Shown here piece after piece: positions 36,975 to 48,749 of a stretch of DNA of 64,000 nt. The first letter of the stretch is position 1. The number at the start of each line of letters is the position of its first letter. The notes under the pieces were generated by a model, which saw nothing but the letters and a program-made list of their open reading frames with translations, was not told the DNA's origin and made no database searches. Origin of the DNA: an uncultured bacterium (GTDB lineage Bacteria; UBP4; UBA4092); the NCBI GenBank assembly GCA_963768165.1, contig CAVYHJ010000006.1, forward strand, positions 20,711-84,710, given 5' to 3'. The translations under genes and the position numbers were made by a program.

Positions 36975-38654
36975 TTAGGCTTCTTTAAGTTTAAGCCAGT
37001 CATCTTTGGGGATTTGGAGATAGGCATCAACGACTTGAGGGTCAAAATGGGTCCCCCTACCCTTTTTAATTTCCTCGACGGCTTCTTCATAAGAGACGGG
37101 TTTCCGATAAGGACGGGTGGAAGTTAAGGCATCATAGACATCGGCGACGGCAAATATCCTGGCACCCAGGAAAATATTTTCTCCCTGTAACCCATGGGGG
37201 TATCCTTTACCATCCACTTTTTCATGATGGTGCAAGACCAGAGGTACGGCTTTATCCAAGAACTTAATGCCTTCGAGCATTTTAAATCCCATCAGGGGAT
37301 GTTGTTTCATCGCTTCCCGTTCTTCGTCTGTCAAGGGACCGGGTTTACGCAAGATCGCATCAGCAATACCAATTTTCCCGACATCATGGAGGAGGGCGCC
37401 CCAGCGAATGGATTGTAAATCTTTTTCCGGGATATTCATTTGTTTGGCAATTGCCATGGTATACCGCACGACCCGTTCTGAATGTCCGAAGGTTTCGGAA
37501 TCACGCGCGTCCAGTGCGACCATTACGGCGCGGATGGCGCTGGTATAGGATTCTTCTTTTTCCATTTGTAATCTTTCCAGAGATTCGACCATGGTATTAA
37601 ATGATTCCGTGAGGGATTTCATTTCAGGGTCTCTAGACCGGGTATCAATGCGATGCGCCAAGTCACCGGAATGAGTAATTTCGCTCATGGTATTCACGAG
37701 ATGTTCGCGGGGAGCCATGATGGATCGGGTGATATAGTAACTGAATATCAGTGCAAAAAAAGCCAGTATGGAACTTACAATAATTAATGCCCATTGGACT
37801 TGATGAGGAAATTTCAAGTATTGTTCAAGGGACAAGAACACGACCCCATCCAATTCCCCTGAAGGACCCGGGAAAAGGATGGAAGGAATCATCAGGTATT
37901 TTGCCCCATTCAAGGTAATAATTTCGGGGTCGGTCCTGTTTAATTTTATTTCCATGGTTCCTTTTTGATGTTCGATAGGATTTTTCTCAAGGTATTTAGC
38001 GAATTCCAGTCGCTCCGGCGAATCGAGGGACGAACTTAATATTTTATTGCGGGCAAGAAAAGCAATGGATGCCTTATAACGGTTTTGCAAACTGAACGCC
38101 AGCTTGGGATTGGTCATTTCATACCCGAGAGAAAGAGTTCCGATAACCCCGGAGAGGGAAGATACAGGCACCGTGACGACCAGATAGGTTTTTTCACCCA
38201 AACTCCAGACATCCGTACCCGATTGACCGGTACGCGCCTGCTGCAAAGAATACATGCCACCCACATATTCAAAGGTTTGGGGCGGAGCACCCTTGCCATA
38301 CGAATAACGAACCGCATTCGTCTCGCCGCCGGTAATCATCATCAAGTCACAGGGAATCAGCGAAAGCATTTCATCGGCCACTTTGGGAAGTGCCTGGGGA
38401 TCCGCATCGGGGCTGAGACTTCCTTTTAAACGGGGTGATTGGGCGAGTTCTTTAGAGAGACGGTATAAGTCATCGGTTTTCCTGGTTAAATCGTCTTGAA
38501 TGGAACCCTGTTTAATTTTGAGCGCATCTTCTACTATCGGGCTGAGAATAGTTTTAATCAGGTAATTGACCGTGATACTGGTGGAGAATGCCAAGCCCAA
38601 GATAACCGCCGCGGTCAATAACCAGATTTTCCATTGTAGAGTCAGTTTGAACAT
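36975..38654 (-). CDS. Membrane HAMP + HD-GYP cyclic-dinucleotide phosphodiesterase with periplasmic Cache-like domain
   Basis: Two TM helices flanking an extracytoplasmic domain; HAMP; 'LLHDVGKIG', 'HHEKVDGKGYP', 'ADVYDALTSTRPYRK'. Confidence 0.9.
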   Translation of the reverse strand: MFKLTLQWKIWLLTAAVILGLAFSTSITVNYLIKTILSPIVEDALKIKQGSIQDDLTRKTDDLYRLSKELAQSPRLKGSLSPDADPQALPKVADEMLSLIPCDLMMITGGETNAVRYSYGKGAPPQTFEYVGGMYSLQQARTGQSGTDVWSLGEKTYLVVTVPVSSLSGVIGTLSLGYEMTNPKLAFSLQNRYKASIAFLARNKILSSSLDSPERLEFAKYLEKNPIEHQKGTMEIKLNRTDPEIITLNGAKYLMIPSILFPGPSGELDGVVFLSLEQYLKFPHQVQWALIIVSSILAFFALIFSYYITRSIMAPREHLVNTMSEITHSGDLAHRIDTRSRDPEMKSLTESFNTMVESLERLQMEKEESYTSAIRAVMVALDARDSETFGHSERVVRYTMAIAKQMNIPEKDLQSIRWGALLHDVGKIGIADAILRKPGPLTDEEREAMKQHPLMGFKMLEGIKFLDKAVPLVLHHHEKVDGKGYPHGLQGENIFLGARIFAVADVYDALTSTRPYRKPVSYEEAVEEIKKGRGTHFDPQVVDAYLQIPKDDWLKLKEA

Positions 38655-38690
38655 ATCATTTTAAGTTTTAAATTCCAATATCACGAAAAA

Positions 38691-39371
38691 CTATTTTTTT
38701 GCCAATTGAAAATCGATTTTAACTTCTCCTTTAGCCGGAACATCAATTTCTTGTTTAACCGGTTTCAAGAAATCATGCCAGGCAACGAGAGTGTAATGTC
38801 CGGGGGGTACAAGAAAAATATTATAATTCCCGCTGGAGTCCGGTTTCGTAAAATAGGGATTTTGCAAAACTATAATAAATGCCTGCATATCGGGATGGAT
38901 TTGACAATACACATCCACAACGCCGGTTTTATAAAACGCGACCGGCCGTTTTTCGGGTTTGGCATATTGGTCCAAGTCAAAGGATTTTGTTTTGGAGAAA
39001 GAAAAGGGATGGTGATAAAAGTTGTCGTCATTTAAAAAGTCTACTGTGGTTCCTACAAGAATCGGAAGGACATGGGGCAGATAGGATTGATTTTTCATGT
39101 CCATCACGACACTTTTCGAAGTCATCAGGTAGGGTTGTTCCCGGGGTGTTTTTTCGATATAGACCACGACGTTATCATATTCACTGTTTGTTAACTGCAG
39201 CGCCATATTCGACATACCCGAAGAATTGGATTGAGAAGGGCGCACAATTTTATCGGGTAATTTCACAGTTCCGGTAATCGTTCCTGAAAAAGCGATGCCG
39301 GTTAATAACACACTGAACAGCACGGGAACAGACAAGTTGCCAAATATTTTTCTGTGGAATGCGTATTTCAT
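38691..39371 (-). CDS. Secreted cupredoxin-like / carboxypeptidase-regulatory-like domain protein
   Basis: Signal peptide; 'VGTTVDFLNDDNFYHHPFS' and 'VYCQIHPDMQAFI' (His...Cys-x2-His-x2-Met); 'VPPGHYTLVAWH'. Confidence 0.75.
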   Translation of the reverse strand: MKYAFHRKIFGNLSVPVLFSVLLTGIAFSGTITGTVKLPDKIVRPSQSNSSGMSNMALQLTNSEYDNVVVYIEKTPREQPYLMTSKSVVMDMKNQSYLPHVLPILVGTTVDFLNDDNFYHHPFSFSKTKSFDLDQYAKPEKRPVAFYKTGVVDVYCQIHPDMQAFIIVLQNPYFTKPDSSGNYNIFLVPPGHYTLVAWHDFLKPVKQEIDVPAKGEVKIDFQLAKK

Positions 39372-39403
39372 TTTATCTCGAAACCGACATGGTTGAATTT
39401 TTC

Positions 39404-39431
39404 GTAGGGGCGTAACATATTACGTCTCTAC
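39404..39431. repeat. Variant of the 28-bp palindrome (GTAGGGGCGTAACATATTACGTCTCTAC)
   Basis: 3 mismatches to 7849-7876; intergenic, upstream of the cupredoxin gene. Confidence 0.85.
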
Positions 39432-39562
39432 TCTATAGAAAAAAAGATTATCATAACTTACAGGCAGGGTCAAAATTCAAGTATGGAGGATGGATTGTCG
39501 CTTTCCTAGACGAAAAGAACTATTTCTTCTATAATATCAAAAATTTAAAGGAATATAATTTA

Positions 39563-40849
39563 ATGCTAGAACTCAAATTTATCCGTGAAAATCCGGAAAT
39601 TGTCCGGGAGAGATTGAAGAAAAGAGACCCGTCTATATCCATCGAACCCTTGTTGGAATTGGATCAGCAATGGCGTAATGCATTACGGTCCGCGGAAGAT
39701 TTAAAAGCCGAGAGAAACAAGGTTTCTGAAGAAATCTCCAAATTAAAAAAAGAGAAACAAAATGCCGACGAAAAGATTAAAGCAATGCGCGCCGTCGGAG
39801 ATCAGATCAAGGAATTGGATGGAAAGATAAAACAACTGGAAGAACAGATTCAAGCCATATTGTTAACCCTTCCGAATCTTCCACATCCCAGTGTACCGAT
39901 TGGACTCAAGGAAGAAGAGAATGTTGAAATTCACAAATGGGGAATACCGAAGAAATATGACTTTGAACCATTAGCCCATTGGGATTTGGGTGAACTACAT
40001 GATGTCCTGGATTTCGGCAGAGCGGCAAAAATAACCGGCGCGCGATTTCCGCTTTATAAGGGTTGGGGCGCAAAATTGGAACGGGCATTGATTAACTTCA
40101 TGCTCGACTTACATACACAAGAAGATGGATATACAGAAATATTTCCACCTATCCTGGCGAATCGGGAAGCACTCATTGGAACAACACAATTGCCAAAATT
40201 TGCGGAGGAAATGTTCCGGTGCGCGGACGATCCGTATTATTTGATCTCGACGTCAGAAATATCTCTGGTAAATATCCATCGAGAAGAGATATTGCAGAGC
40301 AGACAATTGCCTATCTATTACACAGCGTTTACACCCTGTTTCCGGCGTGAGGCAGGCGCCGCGGGTAAAGACACACGGGGATTAATACGCAACCATCAAT
40401 TTAACAAAGTTGAAATGGTGAAATTTACCAAACCGGAGGATTCCTATCAGGAATTGGAAAAATTAACCAAAGACGCGGAAAAGGTATTACAAAAACTAAA
40501 TTTGCCTTACCGGGTTGTAGAACATTGCGCGGGAGACCTTGGTTTTTCCGCGGCAAAGAGCTATGATATAGAAGTATGGTTTCCAGCCCAAAATACATAT
40601 AGAGAGATTTCTTCCTGTAGTAATGTGGAGGATTTCCAGGCGAGGCGGGCGAATATTCGATACCGAAAATCACAAAATGAGAAACCCGAATATGTGCATA
40701 CATTAAATGGATCCGGATTAGCCGTAGGAAGAACTTGGGCGGCTATATTGGAAAATTATCAAAATGCAGACCGGAGCATAAATATTCCAGAGGTGCTACA
40801 ACCTTATTTCAATGGTGATAAACAATTTGAGTTAAATCCAAAATCATAG
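39563..40849 (+). CDS. serS: Serine--tRNA ligase
   Basis: N-terminal coiled coil; '[25 protein letters not shown]', 'YREISSCSN', '[13 protein letters not shown]'. Confidence 0.98.
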   Translation: MLELKFIRENPEIVRERLKKRDPSISIEPLLELDQQWRNALRSAEDLKAERNKVSEEISKLKKEKQNADEKIKAMRAVGDQIKELDGKIKQLEEQIQAILLTLPNLPHPSVPIGLKEEENVEIHKWGIPKKYDFEPLAHWDLGELHDVLDFGRAAKITGARFPLYKGWGAKLERALINFMLDLHTQEDGYTEIFPPILANREALIGTTQLPKFAEEMFRCADDPYYLISTSEISLVNIHREEILQSRQLPIYYTAFTPCFRREAGAAGKDTRGLIRNHQFNKVEMVKFTKPEDSYQELEKLTKDAEKVLQKLNLPYRVVEHCAGDLGFSAAKSYDIEVWFPAQNTYREISSCSNVEDFQARRANIRYRKSQNEKPEYVHTLNGSGLAVGRTWAAILENYQNADRSINIPEVLQPYFNGDKQFELNPKS

Positions 40850-40867
40850 ATAGAGGAATACTCCATT

Positions 40868-41320
40868 ATGGATAAAGCACGAGTTTTAATCGTTGATGAT
40901 ACCTATGACATCGTTCGGACTTTGGAATTATTACTGCAAGATAGATATGAAGTGATTTCAGCGCCGGATGGTCTCGTAGGTTTCACCAAGGCCTTGCGCT
41001 ACTTACCGGATTTAATCGTACTGGATATTATGATGCCTAAAATGACCGGTTATCAATTTTGCGACCAATTAAAAAAGAATCCCACCCTATATAATATTCC
41101 GATAGTTTTTTTAAGCGCCAAAGGGACACGTATTGACCAGGAATATGGCATTAAAAAAGGGGCAGCCGCGTATGTTCCCAAACCGTTTGAACCTCAGATA
41201 TTGCTGAATGTCATTGCCGATTTGTTGCAACAAAATCCCCAGGGGAAAAAGAATCGGCCCAATTACGAACAGATATTAATTGATGAATCCAAAGAAAATA
41301 AAGTAAACTGGAAAGGATAA
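40868..41320 (+). CDS. Response regulator (receiver domain)
   Basis: 'VLIVDD', 'VLDIMMPKMTG', 'FLSAKG', 'YVPKPF'. Confidence 0.9.
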   Translation: MDKARVLIVDDTYDIVRTLELLLQDRYEVISAPDGLVGFTKALRYLPDLIVLDIMMPKMTGYQFCDQLKKNPTLYNIPIVFLSAKGTRIDQEYGIKKGAAAYVPKPFEPQILLNVIADLLQQNPQGKKNRPNYEQILIDESKENKVNWKG

Positions 41321-41327
41321 TTTTCTC

Positions 41328-42665
41328 TTGGAACACACCATGGAGAACCTTTCTGAGCTAACCCCACTTGCCGACCGGATGAGACCCAGGTCACTGGATG
41401 AAGTGGTTGGACAAGAACATTTGGTCGGGCACGGAAAAGTCTTACAACGCGCTGTCGAACAAGACACTCTTCAATCGTTTATTCTCTGGGGTCCCCCCGG
41501 AACCGGGAAAACCACCATTGCCAAATTGGTCGCTTCAAACATTAATGCACAGTTTATCAATCTATCCGCGGTTACTTCCGGCATTAAAGAAGTTAAAGAA
41601 GTCATGAAATCCGCGGAACAACAACAATCCATGTTTCACCGAAAAACCATTTTATTCATTGATGAAATTCACCGTTTCAATAAATCCCAACAGGATGCCT
41701 TTTTACCTTACGTTGAAAAAGGTATTATTATTTTTATTGGCGCTACCACAGAAAATCCGTCTTTTGAGGTAAATTCGGCACTCTTATCGAGATGCCAGGT
41801 ATATGTATTGAATCCTCTTACAGAAGAACAACTTGCCATATTAATTGGCAGGGCATTGCAAGATTCGGAACGCGGGTTGGGATATATGAAAATCACCTTA
41901 TTGCCGGATGCGCAAAGATATGTTACTTCCATGTCGAACGGGGATGCCCGTGTCACAATGAATACTTTGGAATTATCAGCAATACTCGCAGAACCTGACA
42001 AGGATCAGGTGAGAATTATCACTAAAGAAATTGTTCAACAGGCTTTGCAAAAACGGGCAACTCTCTATGACAAATCCGGTGAAGAGCACTATAATTTGAT
42101 TTCAGCATTACATAAAAGTATTCGAGGAAGTGACCCGGACGGAGCTGTTTATTGGCTGGCACGAATGCTGGAATCGGGGGAGGACCCGTTATATATCGCC
42201 AGACGCGTGGTTCGAGCGGCTGTAGAAGATATTGGGAATGCGGCACCCAATGCCCTGTCTGTTGCTTTAGCCGCCAAAGAAGCTATTGATTTTTTAGGTA
42301 TGCCGGAAGGGAACCTGGCATTAGCACAAGCTGTTATCTATTTGGCATGTGCACCCAAATCCAATGCGATTTACGCAGCCTATACAGAGGCAGCGAAAGA
42401 TGTACAGGAAAAAGAAAATATGCCGGTTCCACTACATTTACGGAACGCACCGACAACTTTAATGAAAAAGCTTAATTACGGAAAAGATTATAAATATGCT
42501 CATAATTATCCGGATCATTATATTGAACAAGAATATTTACCGGAGAATCTAGCCGGCCGAATTTATTACCAACCGGATGGCCAGGGATATGAAGCAGAAA
42601 TTCTAAAAAGGATGAATCAATGGCGGAAAAAAGCTCCTCTCAACTCGTTGCAGAACAAACAGTAA
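41328..42665 (+). CDS. rarA: Replication-associated recombination protein A (RarA/MgsA)
   Basis: 'PLADRMRP', 'WGPPGTGKTT', 'DEIHRFNKSQQD', 'ISALHKSIRGSDPD', 'EDIGNA'. Confidence 0.95.
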   Translation: MEHTMENLSELTPLADRMRPRSLDEVVGQEHLVGHGKVLQRAVEQDTLQSFILWGPPGTGKTTIAKLVASNINAQFINLSAVTSGIKEVKEVMKSAEQQQSMFHRKTILFIDEIHRFNKSQQDAFLPYVEKGIIIFIGATTENPSFEVNSALLSRCQVYVLNPLTEEQLAILIGRALQDSERGLGYMKITLLPDAQRYVTSMSNGDARVTMNTLELSAILAEPDKDQVRIITKEIVQQALQKRATLYDKSGEEHYNLISALHKSIRGSDPDGAVYWLARMLESGEDPLYIARRVVRAAVEDIGNAAPNALSVALAAKEAIDFLGMPEGNLALAQAVIYLACAPKSNAIYAAYTEAAKDVQEKENMPVPLHLRNAPTTLMKKLNYGKDYKYAHNYPDHYIEQEYLPENLAGRIYYQPDGQGYEAEILKRMNQWRKKAPLNSLQNKQ

Positions 42666-43609
42666 ATAATTCCACACCCGTGATATTAAACCGTATTCTT
42701 GATAATGTCGAACAAGTTATTATTGGGAAACGGGAGGTGGTTGAGCTATGCCTGGTTTGTTTCCTAGCCCAAGGTCATCTCTTGATTGAAGACGTACCCG
42801 GCATTGGAAAAACCATGTTGGCACGCAGTATAGCAGCATCTTTGGGATTGTCCTATAAACGAATACAATTTACCCCGGATCTTCTTCCATCGGATATTAC
42901 CGGGGTTTCTATTTATAACCAAAAGTCAGGTGATTTTCAATTTGTTCAAGGACCCGTTTTTACTCATGTACTTCTTGCGGATGAAATTAATCGAACTCCT
43001 CCTAGAACACAATCCAGTCTTTTGGAATGTATGGAAGAACAACAAGTTACTGTAGACGGTAAAACGCTGCCTTTGTCCAGTCCATTTTTTGTCATGGCAA
43101 CCATCAATAGTATTGAATATCATGGTACATATCCCTTACCGGAGGCCCAGTTAGACAGATTTTTATTACATATTCAAATTGGCTATCCTTCTCCCCAGGA
43201 TGAAATCAGAATTCTTGAACGACAAGAAAAAGAACACCCCATCCGCCACTTGCAACCAGTCACTTCATTGGATGAAGTTCTGGTACTTCAAGAACAAACA
43301 AAAAACATTTTTGTTCACCCCAGTGTAGTGCACTATATAGTCCAACTTGTCGAAGAGACCCGTCATCATCCTCAAATCCACCTTGGAGCAAGCCCTAGAG
43401 GTACTTTGGCATTACGAAGGTCCGCTCAAGCATTGGCCTTATTAAAAGGCCGAGAGTTTGTCTTACCTGATGATGTAAAACTACTTTATCCATTTGTTTT
43501 ATCTCACCGAATATTATTACAGTCGGGAGCACGAATACATTACAAACCTTTGGATATCCTCCATGAAATCCTTAACAAAACTCCAGTTCCTGTTTTACCG
43601 TCAAAATAA
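42620..43609 (+). CDS. MoxR-family AAA+ ATPase
   Basis: 'EDVPGIGKT', 'RIQFTPDLLPSDITG', 'ADEINRTPPRTQSSLLECMEE', 'PLPEAQLDRF'; true start may be downstream of 42620. Confidence 0.95.
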   Translation: MAEKSSSQLVAEQTVNNSTPVILNRILDNVEQVIIGKREVVELCLVCFLAQGHLLIEDVPGIGKTMLARSIAASLGLSYKRIQFTPDLLPSDITGVSIYNQKSGDFQFVQGPVFTHVLLADEINRTPPRTQSSLLECMEEQQVTVDGKTLPLSSPFFVMATINSIEYHGTYPLPEAQLDRFLLHIQIGYPSPQDEIRILERQEKEHPIRHLQPVTSLDEVLVLQEQTKNIFVHPSVVHYIVQLVEETRHHPQIHLGASPRGTLALRRSAQALALLKGREFVLPDDVKLLYPFVLSHRILLQSGARIHYKPLDILHEILNKTPVPVLPSK

Positions 43610-43618
43610 AAGCAAACT

Positions 43619-44842
43619 ATGGGTCGTGTCCGGGTAATATTCTTAATCTTTATTGCAGCGGGATTATATTTTGCCGCATTCAATGTGGATGCTCCTCTAC
43701 TCTATGTACTGACATCACTTGTGCTTTCTTTTCTTGTGGTGGCCTGGTTTGCATCTCAACGGAGTTTACGCAAAATTGCTTGCAAACGAATATTCCCTAA
43801 ATATCAAGTTTTCGAAAATCAACTGGTAAATCTAACATATGAGCTAAAGAGTAATTCCAATTTATCGCATTATGCCATTTCTCTTATTGATTCTATCCAA
43901 CACCAATCCAATGTGAAATACCAGAATAATTTTAACGGATGGATCGCCCAGTTACCTAAAAAGAAGATTCAAAATTTAACCTTTTCCTATCGTTTTCCTC
44001 AACGGGGACGTTATATTTTCGGCCCTCTGACCATTCGTTCTAATTATCCTTTTGACCTGTTTTATAAGAGGCGCAAATTACAAAATCAAGAATCACTTCG
44101 CGTATTCCCTGAGATCATTCCTTTAACAGATATACCGCCATTACGCGGGTATTTTGAGTTTCTATCTATGGAATCCCGCTTATTCATCGGACAAGGTGAT
44201 GAATTTTATGGTATCCGGGAATACCGATTTGGCGACCCTTTACGGCATATCCATTGGAAAGGAACCGCACGGCACAGAGAATTAATGGTTCGTGAAGTAC
44301 AAAGAATTGCAGAACCTATAATGGCTCTTTGCATGGACAGTAACCAATATACCCAGGCAGGGACAGGAAAAGATTCTACTTTTGAATACAGTGTAAAAAT
44401 CTGCGCTTCCCTTGCTTTTTATGCGGAAAATCACCGTTATCCTCTTGAGTTCAGGACTCAATCCAGTCCTATTTTTAATTCTTTTTTGGAAACAATGGAT
44501 TATCTCTCAGAATGTCAGGCAAACTCGGAAATTCCTCTTCAGAATATTCTTTGGGAAATGGTAAATGAGCAACGTCCTTTCACAACACTATTTGTTTTTT
44601 TTTCCGGAACACAAGAAGAAATACTTCAACCTTTAAAATTAGCGTATGAGAAACACATCAACATTGTAATTATTTGGCTACAAAAGGAATCTTTTTCCCT
44701 CAAAGTATCCAGCCCCGTAGATTCCAATTTTACTAAATCTTTGTATGAACTTATCCCTTACATTTACGAGATTCATAAGGGGGATTCTATCGCTACTGTA
44801 CTACAATCAACCACATTTGAAACCTTGAACATTGGACTTTAG
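43619..44842 (+). CDS. DUF58-domain protein
   Basis: '[29 protein letters not shown]'. Confidence 0.92.
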   Translation: MGRVRVIFLIFIAAGLYFAAFNVDAPLLYVLTSLVLSFLVVAWFASQRSLRKIACKRIFPKYQVFENQLVNLTYELKSNSNLSHYAISLIDSIQHQSNVKYQNNFNGWIAQLPKKKIQNLTFSYRFPQRGRYIFGPLTIRSNYPFDLFYKRRKLQNQESLRVFPEIIPLTDIPPLRGYFEFLSMESRLFIGQGDEFYGIREYRFGDPLRHIHWKGTARHRELMVREVQRIAEPIMALCMDSNQYTQAGTGKDSTFEYSVKICASLAFYAENHRYPLEFRTQSSPIFNSFLETMDYLSECQANSEIPLQNILWEMVNEQRPFTTLFVFFSGTQEEILQPLKLAYEKHINIVIIWLQKESFSLKVSSPVDSNFTKSLYELIPYIYEIHKGDSIATVLQSTTFETLNIGL

Positions 44843-44849
44843 ACTATTT

Positions 44850-47150
44850 ATGCCGGTTAATCGAGAATTACTTTTACGAATGATTGTACACATAGGAACT
44901 TTTCTATTAGTCTACTCTATCTGTCTTAGTATCGCGGCCTACGAACATCCATCTTTATTTTTTGTATTACTTTTCATTTTCCCCATTGAATTTGGATTAT
45001 CCTGGATATTAAAAAACAAAAAGCTCACATGGCGTCGTCCCTTGGCAACATTCCTTTCGGTCTTGGGTATTCCTTTGGTTATCTTTGTAAGTCCCACTTT
45101 AACCAATAACTATAGATTCTTATTTGGCAATTACTTGATATGGCTATTCCTTGTAATAGTGCCCTGTATCGAAAAGAAAAAAGATTATTTGTGGATTTTA
45201 CTAATGTGCGTCATGCTTTCTTCCTTGATAACCACCGTCCGTTTATCCAGTAGTTTTCCAATATTATTTAGCATCCTAACCGTAGGAACGGTTTCAATTC
45301 TTCTACTGCTTACTCTGTTGGGTCCGGAAAAAGAAGAAATAACATCCCCTCAAATTTATTCTCATTCTTTCTATATTTCCTGGAATCGATATCTATTAAC
45401 TGTTACTTTATTTACTTTCATCATAATTTCCGGCTCTATCGCCTTTACCATTTTTCTACCACGATACAGTACCTTTGGTTCACCGAATGAAACCCTGCGA
45501 ACGCGTCCGCCACGCATCCGCAAATTACCTCCCCCCGTTAATCCTGAGGGACAAGCCGGTAATGACCGTGGACCGGCAGAAGATACTTCTCTTCCCGGAG
45601 ATATCAATAATTCTTTCCTCCTGTGGTTTCAACGGCTAATTTCTGATATTGAAGGAATTAACCCAACACTTCAATACCGGGATACTGTGGCTGGTTTCTC
45701 AGATCGGTTGGATCTAAGATCGAAAGGAACGAATTGGCAAAACACTTCTATCGCCATGGTCGTTCGCAGCAGATTTGCATCCTATTCCCGCACTATCGTA
45801 TATGATTTTTATAACGGAATCACATGGACTCGCTCCAGAACAAATTTCATCCAAAAAAAAGATCCTATAGGTGTTTTTACACTTAATCCAAAAGAATTTC
45901 CATTCAACTATCGTCCTACATACGCCGGGAGTAAAGTTATCTATAATATTCGTACAGATCTCAGTGGAGTTATTCCCTCTCCTTATTATCCGGGTACGAT
46001 TTATTTCCCGGACCAAATACTTTTTATTGACCAGGCGGAAATTTTACAAAGTCCATTCCTTTTAACGGCCGGAACAGTATATACCATTCAACCCAATATT
46101 CCCGATTACAATTTAAAATTCTTAAAAACGATTATTTCTTCTTCAACCGATAACCAATACTTGCAATTACCGAAAATGCCGAACCGGATTTCGGAACTGG
46201 CACATAAGATAACTGACTCTTATCCGACTCAATTGTCGAAAATATCTGCTCTGGAACGTTTTGTAAATAAAAATCATTATGTATTGGATTATCCTGCGTT
46301 ACCCCATGACAGGGATTTTGTAGATTACTTCCTTTTCGAAAGTAAGAAAGGCAATTGTCAGCATTTCGCCAGTGCTTTAGCCGTTTTATGCCGCTCTATC
46401 GGCATACCCTCCCGCTTGGTATCCGGATTTGCACCGGGAATTTATAATCCCTTAACCGATTATAGTGAAGTACGCTTCAGCGATGCCCATGCATGGGTTG
46501 AAATATATTTTCAAGGTCATGGATGGCTTCCATTCGATCCCACTCCGGGGTCCGCCTCTTTTTCTCAGCAGTTAAATAAAGCGGATTTCTTTAATAATTT
46601 TTTAGTTTATCTTCAGGCACGTTGGCTGGGTTCTTCCTCACCACTTATTTCTCGATTCTTCAAAAATGCCGGTGAATTTCTTTCAACACTCTGGGACATT
46701 ATAAAAATCATTGTATATAACGTAGGAATATTTTTACAAGATTTGCCTTTTCCGATTCTCGTTTTAGTTATCGCCGGTATTTGTTTATTGGCTTACATTA
46801 TCGTTCGCCAAATCAAAAAGGTTAAACAGACAAGGTATCTGAAAGAATATGTTCTTCATGGGCTTGAGAATATCTCTTATCCTGATTCGGCCTGGTCCAT
46901 TTTCCGTCTCTATAGCGATTTTTGCCGATTTTTTGACCAAAAAGGAATTTCCGTTTCTCCGCAAATGACTCCCTATGAATATCTTGACCGGTTGCGACCG
47001 CATCTAGGAATGCTGTATCCTATCCCTGTGGAAATTACCGAATTGTTTTGTTCCACACGGTATGGGTTTCAAATACCCAACGAACTGGTGATTCAAAAGC
47101 TGGAAACGCAATTCGCTATCTTTAAAAAAGAATTCAATAAAATTAAGTAA
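44850..47150 (+). CDS. Membrane transglutaminase-like protein (TgpA-type)
   Basis: N-terminal TM region; '[27 protein letters not shown]', 'HAWVEIYF...FDPTP'; ATG 44850 after the DUF58 stop (track start TTG 44832). Confidence 0.9.
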   Translation: MPVNRELLLRMIVHIGTFLLVYSICLSIAAYEHPSLFFVLLFIFPIEFGLSWILKNKKLTWRRPLATFLSVLGIPLVIFVSPTLTNNYRFLFGNYLIWLFLVIVPCIEKKKDYLWILLMCVMLSSLITTVRLSSSFPILFSILTVGTVSILLLLTLLGPEKEEITSPQIYSHSFYISWNRYLLTVTLFTFIIISGSIAFTIFLPRYSTFGSPNETLRTRPPRIRKLPPPVNPEGQAGNDRGPAEDTSLPGDINNSFLLWFQRLISDIEGINPTLQYRDTVAGFSDRLDLRSKGTNWQNTSIAMVVRSRFASYSRTIVYDFYNGITWTRSRTNFIQKKDPIGVFTLNPKEFPFNYRPTYAGSKVIYNIRTDLSGVIPSPYYPGTIYFPDQILFIDQAEILQSPFLLTAGTVYTIQPNIPDYNLKFLKTIISSSTDNQYLQLPKMPNRISELAHKITDSYPTQLSKISALERFVNKNHYVLDYPALPHDRDFVDYFLFESKKGNCQHFASALAVLCRSIGIPSRLVSGFAPGIYNPLTDYSEVRFSDAHAWVEIYFQGHGWLPFDPTPGSASFSQQLNKADFFNNFLVYLQARWLGSSSPLISRFFKNAGEFLSTLWDIIKIIVYNVGIFLQDLPFPILVLVIAGICLLAYIIVRQIKKVKQTRYLKEYVLHGLENISYPDSAWSIFRLYSDFCRFFDQKGISVSPQMTPYEYLDRLRPHLGMLYPIPVEITELFCSTRYGFQIPNELVIQKLETQFAIFKKEFNKIK

Positions 47151-47171
47151 ATAAAACGGAAGACACTTTAT

Positions 47172-47765
47172 ATGTCTGATTGGAAAATTCTTCTTGCCAC
47201 CTTCATTCCTCTATTCATTGCCGTTGATCCCATCGGTTTACTTCCAATCTATGTCAATTTAACTCTGGACTTAACCAAAGAACAAAAACATAAAATTCTC
47301 TGGCAATCTCTAGTAACAGCCACTGTTGTAGCGCTTCTTTTTACTTTTGTCGGAAAAGTGATATTTAATTTTCTAGGTATTACAATCAGTGATTTCCAAA
47401 TTGCCGGTGGACTCATTCTATTGGTTCTGGCCATTATGGATTTATTGGTTGCACAGAAAATTGGTTTTACTTACTCCACAACTTCGGGTATTGTTCCTAT
47501 TGGTGTGCCCTTGATAGTCGGACCGGCAGTGCTCACCACGGTCATAATGCAAATTGATGCTCACGGAATCATTCCAACCATTGTATCTCTTTTAATCAAT
47601 TTGGTCATTGTGGGCATTATTTTTATTCAATCCCATTTCGTCTTGCACCTCCTCGGAGAAGGAGGCGCCAAAGCCGTTTCCAAGGTTGTCAGCCTGTTAC
47701 TCGCTGCCATTGCCGTTATGATGATTCGAGTCGGAATTTTAAATCTTCTTACATCCGCTCGTTAA
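47172..47765 (+). CDS. MarC-family membrane protein
   Basis: 'LFIAVDPIG', 'FQIAGGLIL', 'VPIGVPLIVGPAVLT'. Confidence 0.92.
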   Translation: MSDWKILLATFIPLFIAVDPIGLLPIYVNLTLDLTKEQKHKILWQSLVTATVVALLFTFVGKVIFNFLGITISDFQIAGGLILLVLAIMDLLVAQKIGFTYSTTSGIVPIGVPLIVGPAVLTTVIMQIDAHGIIPTIVSLLINLVIVGIIFIQSHFVLHLLGEGGAKAVSKVVSLLLAAIAVMMIRVGILNLLTSAR

Positions 47766-48683
47766 TTGTTTCCCTTGAGACTTTAAACTTGAAATTGCCG
47801 CCAAACATGTATTTGCATGAATCTCCACTGTATCTAGTGTGTCTTCTGCATACCCACCGGCAAATACGATAACTAACGGAAGATTTCTTTCCACGCAAGA
47901 CTGAATGACCCAAAGGTCCCGTTGAATCAAACCTTCCTTGGTAAGCTTTAATGCCCCCAATTGATCCTTTTCAAACGGGTCGGCACCGGCAACATAGACG
48001 ACAAAATCCGCGCCGAATTTGTCAATCTCCTTCGGAACTACTTTTTTCAATTCTTTTAGATAATCATCATCACCAGCAAAATCTTTGAGACCAATATCCA
48101 GATTACTTTTTTCTTTTTTAGGATAATTGTTTTCCTGATGAATCGAAAAAGTAAATACCGTCGGGTCGTCTTTGAAAATATTCGCCGTACCATTTCCCTG
48201 ATGCAAATCACAATCTACCACGAATGCTTTCTTGATTTTTTTTTCTTTTTGCAGCACTCGAATTCCTACGGCAATATCATTGATATAACAAAACCCTTCC
48301 GCATGATCGGTATACGCATGATGAAATCCACCGCCAATGTGAATTCCAATCCCATGTTCCAATGCCAATCGCCCCGCCAGAATCGTTCCTCCTGCCGCTA
48401 AAATGTATGAATTCACAACCTCGGCATTTAAAGGCAACTCGGATCGCTGCGTCCGGTATGTCCATAGTCGATTTTGTATATCATCCAAAAATTCTGATGT
48501 ATGCACTAACAAGAGTTGATTTCGGGTTGCCGGTTTGGAATGAATAAGTTCGTTGGATCGGATATGTTTTTGCTTAATCAAGACATCCTTCACCATGCGA
48601 TACTTTTCCGTAGGAAAAACATGGGCACCGATGTCTACCTCATATTTATCCGAATAAACAAAACCAGGTCGTCTATTTTTCAT
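47739..48683 (-). CDS. Histone deacetylase-family amidohydrolase
   Basis: 'HVFPTEKY', 'GGGFHHA', 'EGFCYIND', 'DCDLHQGNGT', 'AGADP', 'GGY'; ATG 48683 by RBS (track start 48701). Confidence 0.92.
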   Translation of the reverse strand: MKNRRPGFVYSDKYEVDIGAHVFPTEKYRMVKDVLIKQKHIRSNELIHSKPATRNQLLLVHTSEFLDDIQNRLWTYRTQRSELPLNAEVVNSYILAAGGTILAGRLALEHGIGIHIGGGFHHAYTDHAEGFCYINDIAVGIRVLQKEKKIKKAFVVDCDLHQGNGTANIFKDDPTVFTFSIHQENNYPKKEKSNLDIGLKDFAGDDDYLKELKKVVPKEIDKFGADFVVYVAGADPFEKDQLGALKLTKEGLIQRDLWVIQSCVERNLPLVIVFAGGYAEDTLDTVEIHANTCLAAISSLKSQGKQLTSGCKKI

Positions 48684-48749
48684 GATTACAGACTCCCTCA
48701 TTTGAATATCAACCCCCAGACAAGAAACCTATTCGAAAAAATATTCGTA

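Noticed and set aside
42620-47150. MoxR-DUF58-transglutaminase triad as a novel system
   Set aside because: Widespread, already recognised conserved cluster; nothing unusual seen here.
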